A DNA stretch of 64,000 nt, from contig CANEVP010000001.1 in NCBI GenBank assembly GCA_947442475.1, positions 2,607-66,606 of the forward strand, given 5' to 3'. Both the position numbers and the translations under genes were made by a program. Source of the stretch: Rickettsiales bacterium (GTDB lineage Bacteria; Pseudomonadota; Alphaproteobacteria; Rickettsiales; UBA1997). The notes below the pieces were generated by a model that ran no database searches, had not been told where the DNA came from, and saw nothing but the letters and a program-made list of their open reading frames with translations. How positions within the stretch are numbered: position 1 is the first letter of the stretch; each line of letters begins with the position of its first letter. Below are positions 59,123 through 64,000 of this stretch, one piece after another.

Positions 59123-60511
59123 ATGAAAATTCTAATCATTATTAACGAGCCTTTTTCTGCCATGGCTCTAGGGCGCAGCACCAGTCTTTCTTACATTCTT
59201 TCTTGCGTGGCTTTGGGGCACGAGGTTTACATTTACAATTTGGAAAATTCTTTGGACCAAAACGAGTTTTTAACATTTTGCCTAACTCGTGATAGAGAGC
59301 TTTGCGAGTCTTTGATTAAAAATTATCAAAGCTGCAATGAAGAAATAATGCGGGCGGTTGCTAAAAAAAATCTGCAAAAACTACTCAACTTAAAGGTGAA
59401 AAAAGTTGCAGAATTTTTGCCACAAACAATTGAATTAGAATCTCTAAAACTAAGCGAAGTTGAATTTGTAGTTCAGCGTTTAGAGCCAATGAAAGCACCA
59501 TTTCCGCCAATTGGAAAAGCAAATGTCGGTGAAGTTTTAAGTCAGCTAAAAAAACTTTTTCCAAAACATATTTTTAATTGCCCAATTAATCTTGGCGACA
59601 AAGAGGTGCCGCAAGAAATTAATCGCATTTTAGCTGAAAAAATTGCCACTCCAACTGCAGAATTTGAGCTGGCAAAAACGGGTCTTTTTGCGGCAATAAA
59701 ACTAATGTCGCAAGAATATCAAAAACTCTACGGCGGCAATGATGCGAAGCTGGTTTTTAAGCCAAAAAACTCGGCGCAATCTTTGGGAGTTTTTGCGGTA
59801 GAATTTGCCTCAGATGGTTTGGATCTTGCAGCGATTAAATCGCAAAAAATTTCTCAGCTGCGCTCTGAGCAAAATCACAAAATCAAAAATAATTTAGACG
59901 AAAAAGAGCTGCAAAAAATCATTGAAATTTTGTGTTGCGCGCAAAATGCCAAAACTGATCAAGCTGTGCTAGAATTGAGCGAAGCTGAAATTTTCACAAC
60001 CGCACAAGCGCTCTACAATGAAAAAATTTTGGTGCAGCCTTTTTTGAAAGGAATTGAGTTGGGCGACATTCGCGTAAATATTTTAAAAAATTCTCGCGGT
60101 GATTTTTACGTAGCCGGACAAACTTTTCGCAAAAGTTTGCGACTAGAAGATAAAAATTTTACCACCGCTTATTCTAGCGGAGGGGCAACAGCGCAGCCCG
60201 TAGCAATTTTGCAAGAAGCTGAAATTGAGAATTTATTTTTTAAAACCGCGCAAGTTTTAAAAATTTTAAATGGCGAAATGCGTCAAAAATATCGCGACGT
60301 GCTCGAGCTTGGCGCTGATTTTATTTTGGTGGGCGATGGTAAAAATATTTTTTTAGGTGAGATAAATCATCATTGTCAGGCGCTGATTCCCTTAAGTGAA
60401 GCGATGGAAAAAGCGGTGAATGAAAATGCGTTTTATGAGGGCGGAATGGGTTTAACGATTATTGTAGTAGGGGATTGGATTTTGCGGCAGAGGAGTTTGG
60501 AGGTTGGCTAG
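59123..60511 (+). CDS. Glutathione synthetase-like ATP-grasp protein, divergent and extended (462 aa)
   Basis: GshB-like N-domain (MKILIIINEP...STSLSYIL...GHEVYIY) and ATP-grasp core (LVFKPKNSAQSLGVF, ILVQPFLKGIELGDIRVNIL, FLGEINHH), with extra inserted segments. Confidence 0.5.
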   Translation: MKILIIINEPFSAMALGRSTSLSYILSCVALGHEVYIYNLENSLDQNEFLTFCLTRDRELCESLIKNYQSCNEEIMRAVAKKNLQKLLNLKVKKVAEFLPQTIELESLKLSEVEFVVQRLEPMKAPFPPIGKANVGEVLSQLKKLFPKHIFNCPINLGDKEVPQEINRILAEKIATPTAEFELAKTGLFAAIKLMSQEYQKLYGGNDAKLVFKPKNSAQSLGVFAVEFASDGLDLAAIKSQKISQLRSEQNHKIKNNLDEKELQKIIEILCCAQNAKTDQAVLELSEAEIFTTAQALYNEKILVQPFLKGIELGDIRVNILKNSRGDFYVAGQTFRKSLRLEDKNFTTAYSSGGATAQPVAILQEAEIENLFFKTAQVLKILNGEMRQKYRDVLELGADFILVGDGKNIFLGEINHHCQALIPLSEAMEKAVNENAFYEGGMGLTIIVVGDWILRQRSLEVG

Positions 60512-60542
60512 AAAGCCCGCTTACGTTATTTCGAGTACAGAG

Positions 60543-60618
60543 TGGTAGCGGGAGAGGGATTTGAACCCCCGACCTGCGGATTATGATCCCGTTGCTCTAC
60601 CGACTGAGCTACCCCGCC
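60543..60618 (-). tRNA. tRNA with CAU anticodon (elongator Met most likely; Ile2-lysidine not excluded)
   Basis: The reverse complement is GGCGGGGTAGCTCAGTCGGTAGAGCAACGGGATCATAATCCGCAGGTCGGGGGTTCAAATCCCTCTCCCGCTACCA. Confidence 0.85.
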
Positions 60619-60721
60619 ACATGATTAAGCTGCCAAATAATTGAGCAGCGCGGCAGTCTTTTGATCTGATTTAATTTTTCAAACTTTTTTAATTTTATCT
60701 CGTGATTTGTGCAAAAAACGA

Positions 60722-62725
60722 TTACTGCATCAGCAGCAAACCCTCCATTTTCTTCACCTCATCTCTAATTTTTGTCGCCCTTTCAAAATCTAAATTCGAT
60801 GCCGCTTCGAGCATTTCCTTTTTCAAATTAGCAATTTCGCGATCGGTTGGAATTCTTTTTGGAATTGCATCTTCATCTTCTGGCTTAGTTTTTTTGGTGT
60901 AGAGATTTGACAAAGCCGAGCCAATTTTTTTGTAAGTGGTCGTTGGCGTGATCCCGTGTTTTTCGTTGTAAGCAATTTGAATTTTTCTTCTGCGCTCGGT
61001 AATTGAAAGCGCTGCCTCAATTGATTTGGTGCGCTTGTCGGCGTAGAGAATAACTTTGCTTTCTGAGTTTCTAGCGGCGCGTCCAATTGTTTGAATTAGC
61101 GAAGTTTCGTTGCGCAAAAAACCTTCTTTGTCGGCGTCAAGAATCGCAACCAAAGCACATTCAGGAATATCTAAACCTTCACGAAGTAAATTTACCCCAA
61201 CCAAACAATCATGTTTGCCTAAGCGCAAATCTTGAATGATCTCGATGCGGTCAAGCGTCTCGATATCTGAGTGCATGTAAACTGCTTTGATTCCGGCGTC
61301 ATTTAAATAATCAGCTAAATCTTCTGCCATTTTTTTGGTGATGGTTGTGGCTAGTGTCCTAAAGCCTTTTTCGGTGGTTGCCTTAACTTCTGCAACCAAA
61401 TCAGCCACTTGTTTTGCGGCAGGGCGAATCTCGCAAACGGGGTCAAGCAAACCGGTTGGACGAATAATTTGCTCAATTAATTCGCCGTCATTTTTGGCGG
61501 TTTCGTATTTTCCCGGAGTCGCTGAAACGTAAATAGTTTGGGGTTTAAAACCCTCCCATTCTGAAAATTTTAACGGGCGATTGTCCAGCGCGCTTAAAAG
61601 GCGAAAGCCGTGTTCGGTGAGGTTAGTTTTGCGGGCGAAATCACCTTTGTACATACCATCAATTTGCGGAACTGAAACGTGACTTTCATCAACAAAAAGT
61701 ATTGCGTCTTTTGGTAAATATTCGAACAGAGTTGGCGGAGAAGCGCCAGCTGGGCGCCCAGTTAAATAGCGCGAATAATTTTCAATGCCTTTGCAGCTGC
61801 CAACTTCCAACATCATTTCCATGTCATAAGTGGTGCGCTGGTTGAGACGCTGGGCTTCAACGATTAATCCGCGCGATTCCAAATCAGCCACGCGAATTGC
61901 CAAATCTTTTTTAATTTGCATGATCGCGCCTTTTAAAGTGTCGGCGGGAGTTACGTAGTGCGAAGAAGGGTAAAGCGCGATGTCGTTTAGTTTAGCGAAG
62001 GTTTCGCCAGTTAAAGGATCGAACTCGGTAATTTCTTCAATCTCGTCACCAAACATTGAAATGCGCCACGCGTGCTCATCTTCGTGCGATGGAAAAATAT
62101 CAACCACGTCGCCCTGCACGCGAAAACAGCAGCGCTCAAAAGCAATGTCATTGCGCTCGTACTGCAAATCGACAAGGCGTAGCAAAAGTTTTTGGCGGTT
62201 AATTTCTTCACCAACTTTGAGACGCAAAACCATTGTCGAATAAAATTCTGGCGAGCCAATACCGTAAATACAAGAAACTGACGCGATTACGATGGTGTCG
62301 CGGCGCTCAAATAAGGCGCGGGTTGCAACGTGACGCAGGCGATCGATTTGCTCGTTAATTGCCGAATCTTTTTCAATGTAGGTGTCGGATTTTGGAATGT
62401 ATGCTTCAGGCTGGTAGTAGTCGTAAAATGACACGAAATAGCCAATTTCGTTTTCGGGAAAAAACTCTTTCATCTCGCCGTAAAGCTGCGCCGCCAAAGT
62501 TTTGTTATGCGCCATAATCATTGCAGGGCGCTGCGTGCGCTCAATAATATTTGCCATGGTAAAAGTTTTGCCCGACCCAGTAATTCCCAGCAAAACCTGA
62601 TCTTGTTTTTTGTCTTCTAAGCCACGAATCAACTTGTCAATTGCCTGCGGCTGGTCACCTGCGGGCGCAAATTTGGAATGGATTTTGAATTTTTGAGACA
62701 CTTGGTTTGGTTTTGAATTTTGCAA
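60722..62725 (-). CDS. uvrB: Excinuclease ABC subunit B
   Basis: [11 protein letters not shown] and [12 protein letters not shown] motifs, plus a C-terminal UVR domain. The start is either TTG at 62725 or GTG at 62701. Confidence 0.95.
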   Translation of the reverse strand: MQNSKPNQVSQKFKIHSKFAPAGDQPQAIDKLIRGLEDKKQDQVLLGITGSGKTFTMANIIERTQRPAMIMAHNKTLAAQLYGEMKEFFPENEIGYFVSFYDYYQPEAYIPKSDTYIEKDSAINEQIDRLRHVATRALFERRDTIVIASVSCIYGIGSPEFYSTMVLRLKVGEEINRQKLLLRLVDLQYERNDIAFERCCFRVQGDVVDIFPSHEDEHAWRISMFGDEIEEITEFDPLTGETFAKLNDIALYPSSHYVTPADTLKGAIMQIKKDLAIRVADLESRGLIVEAQRLNQRTTYDMEMMLEVGSCKGIENYSRYLTGRPAGASPPTLFEYLPKDAILFVDESHVSVPQIDGMYKGDFARKTNLTEHGFRLLSALDNRPLKFSEWEGFKPQTIYVSATPGKYETAKNDGELIEQIIRPTGLLDPVCEIRPAAKQVADLVAEVKATTEKGFRTLATTITKKMAEDLADYLNDAGIKAVYMHSDIETLDRIEIIQDLRLGKHDCLVGVNLLREGLDIPECALVAILDADKEGFLRNETSLIQTIGRAARNSESKVILYADKRTKSIEAALSITERRRKIQIAYNEKHGITPTTTYKKIGSALSNLYTKKTKPEDEDAIPKRIPTDREIANLKKEMLEAASNLDFERATKIRDEVKKMEGLLLMQ

Positions 62726-62800
62726 AAAAAAGGGTCGGCGAGGTTGAGCAGCTAGATTTCAAAAGCATTAGGTTTTTTAAGATTCGCTACATCGATTTTT

Positions 62801-62879
62801 CGATGTCATCCTGAGCTTGTCGAAGGATGATTCTAGCCCGTGCCTTGAATCATCCTTCGACAAGCTCAGGATGACATCG
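62801..62879. repeat. Palindromic intergenic repeat (full copy), perfect 33-bp arms
   Basis: cgatgtcatcctgagcttgtcgaaggatgattc / gaatcatccttcgacaagctcaggatgacatcg around a 13-nt loop. Same family as the copies at 29365 and 20371. Confidence 0.9.
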
Positions 62880-62972
62880 GGATTTTTCTTCAAGCCATGA
62901 TTTATAAGGGAAGAAGCCAATTTTCTACAGCTGTAGAAAATGTTTTGAGAGGAGAATTTAAGAAGAAAGAAT

Positions 62973-63046
62973 TGGAGCGGGTGAAGGGAATCGAACCCTC
63001 ACGGCCAGCTTGGAAGGCTGGAACTCTACCGTTGAGCTACACCCGC
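62973..63046 (-). tRNA. tRNA-Gly (anticodon UCC)
   Basis: The reverse complement is GCGGGTGTAGCTCAACGGTAGAGTTCCAGCCTTCCAAGCTGGCCGTGAGGGTTCGATTCCCTTCACCCGCTCCA. Confidence 0.92.
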
Positions 63047-63136
63047 TTAGGTTGCGCTGCACTACAGCGCGGCTTTGCCCGCTTTACGACTCACTACTTA
63101 GCGAATTAATTGCGCTGTAGCGTAAGCGAAAGCGAA

Positions 63137-63222
63137 TGGTGGAGAAGGCAGGATTTGAACCTGCGAACGCTTGCGCGGACAGATTTACAGTCTGTTGCCA
63201 TTGACCACTCGGCCACTTCTCC
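63137..63222 (-). tRNA. tRNA-Tyr (anticodon GUA), long variable arm
   Basis: The reverse complement is GGAGAAGTGGCCGAGTGGTCAATGGCAACAGACTGTAAATCTGTCCGCGCAAGCGTTCGCAGGTTCAAATCCTGCCTTCTCCACCA. Confidence 0.92.
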
Positions 63223-63295
63223 AGTCGTTTCATTATTTTAAAAATGAGCGCGGCTTTTTAGGTGGGGTAATTTGAAAGTCAAATGAAGCGCTCGA

Positions 63296-64000
63296 TTACT
63301 TGGAACAAACTTTGCAGTTGAGATTTTTATTTAAAGTGGTTTTGCGAAATTCATTTTTTAGAAAATCGAAAATCAGAATTTTTCCAACTAAACTTTCGCC
63401 AATTTCTAAAATTTCTTTGATTGCGGTGGTGGCTTGCAGAGCCCCTGTGGCGCCTGCAACTGAACCTAAAATTCCTTTTTCCAAAAGCGGCAGAGAAAAA
63501 TCTGCGCCGACAATATTTGGGTTAAAGCAGGCGTAGCAAGGGTTGAAATTTTCGTAAGATTTGAAGGTGGAAACTTGACCCAGAAAACCTTTCACTGCGG
63601 CGAAAATTAATGGTTTTTTTTGCTCATGGCAAATTTGGTTGATGACAAATCGGGTGGGAAAATTGTCGGTGGCGTCCAAAATAAAATCGTAATTGGCGCT
63701 GATTTTTCTAAGGCTTTCGGCGGTGGCGCGTTGCTCAAAAATTTCTAAATTTACATCAGGATTTAGTGCTAAAATTTTTTCACGAGCACTTACAACTTTT
63801 TTCTGATTCAAATTACTCACATTGTGAATCACTTGGCGCTGTAAGTTAGAAAGCTCAACCACATCGTCGTCAATTGCCCCAATATTTCCAACACCAGCAG
63901 CAGCTAAATAAAGCAAAACTGGCGAGCCCAGACCACCCGCGCCAATCACCAAAACACGAGCGCGCAAAAGTTTTTCTTGGCCGATTTCAGTGATTTCGGG
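63296..64000 (-). CDS. ThiF/MoeB-family adenylyltransferase; 5' end beyond the window
   Basis: VLVIGAGGLGSP Rossmann motif and C-terminal CxxC pairs (NPCYAC, NCKVCS). The reading frame continues upstream to the window edge (..PEITEIGQEKLLRARVLVIG). Confidence 0.85.
   Translation of the reverse strand, partial: PEITEIGQEKLLRARVLVIGAGGLGSPVLLYLAAAGVGNIGAIDDDVVELSNLQRQVIHNVSNLNQKKVVSAREKILALNPDVNLEIFEQRATAESLRKISANYDFILDATDNFPTRFVINQICHEQKKPLIFAAVKGFLGQVSTFKSYENFNPCYACFNPNIVGADFSLPLLEKGILGSVAGATGALQATTAIKEILEIGESLVGKILIFDFLKNEFRKTTLNKNLNCKVCSK

Noticed and set aside
20371-62879. Possibility that the palindromic repeats form a CRISPR-like array
   Set aside because: The copies are tens of kb apart, are themselves long palindromes, have no regular spacers, and no cas genes are present.

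Overview
AT-rich bacterial chromosome segment. The gene content looks alphaproteobacterial: a hemD / Mic60-like / hemY-like cluster, sucCD and sucAB, a family-4 UDG with an N-terminal extension, and a HisZ-like gene. My inference, not a database result, is an intracellular or amoeba-associated lineage (Holosporales/Rickettsiales-like). About 60 CDS and 6 tRNAs can be supported.

Most of the window is housekeeping:
- DNA repair and recombination: uvrA (partial), uvrB, recA, recO, recQ.
- Envelope, secretion and transport: bamA, corA, ftsY, kdsB.
- RNA modification: rluD, miaA.
- Metabolism, proteolysis and GTPases: purB, pyrD, dapD, hslU, engB.
- TCA cycle and haem: sucABCD, hemD.
- Oxidative stress: an oxyR / ahpC-ahpD-dps cluster.

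Accessory or odd content:
1. An operon joining an unknown ORF, a signal-peptide-bearing MurI-type racemase (split at an A9 tract) and a periplasmic asparaginase.
2. A 558-aa ORF with a His..Asp..Gln..Cys arrangement typical of CE-clan (Ulp1/YopJ-like) effectors.
3. An HpaII-like R-M pair with a very short C5-methyltransferase, wedged between engB and rimK.
4. An HsdR-N-like PD-(D/E)xK nuclease ORF inserted, with tight coupling, between sucA and sucB.
5. A DUF4143 AAA ATPase islet with decayed small ORFs.
6. A stand-alone DbpA-type RNA-binding domain flanked by RG/RD-rich tails.
7. A Bro-N gene killed by a 7-bp tandem duplication.
8. A three-copy palindromic intergenic repeat family.

No CRISPR array, rRNA, transposase or integrase was seen. 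All calls rest on my own reading of the ORF translations and the nucleotide sequence. No searches were run, so family names are recognition from memory and should be confirmed with HMM or BLAST searches.
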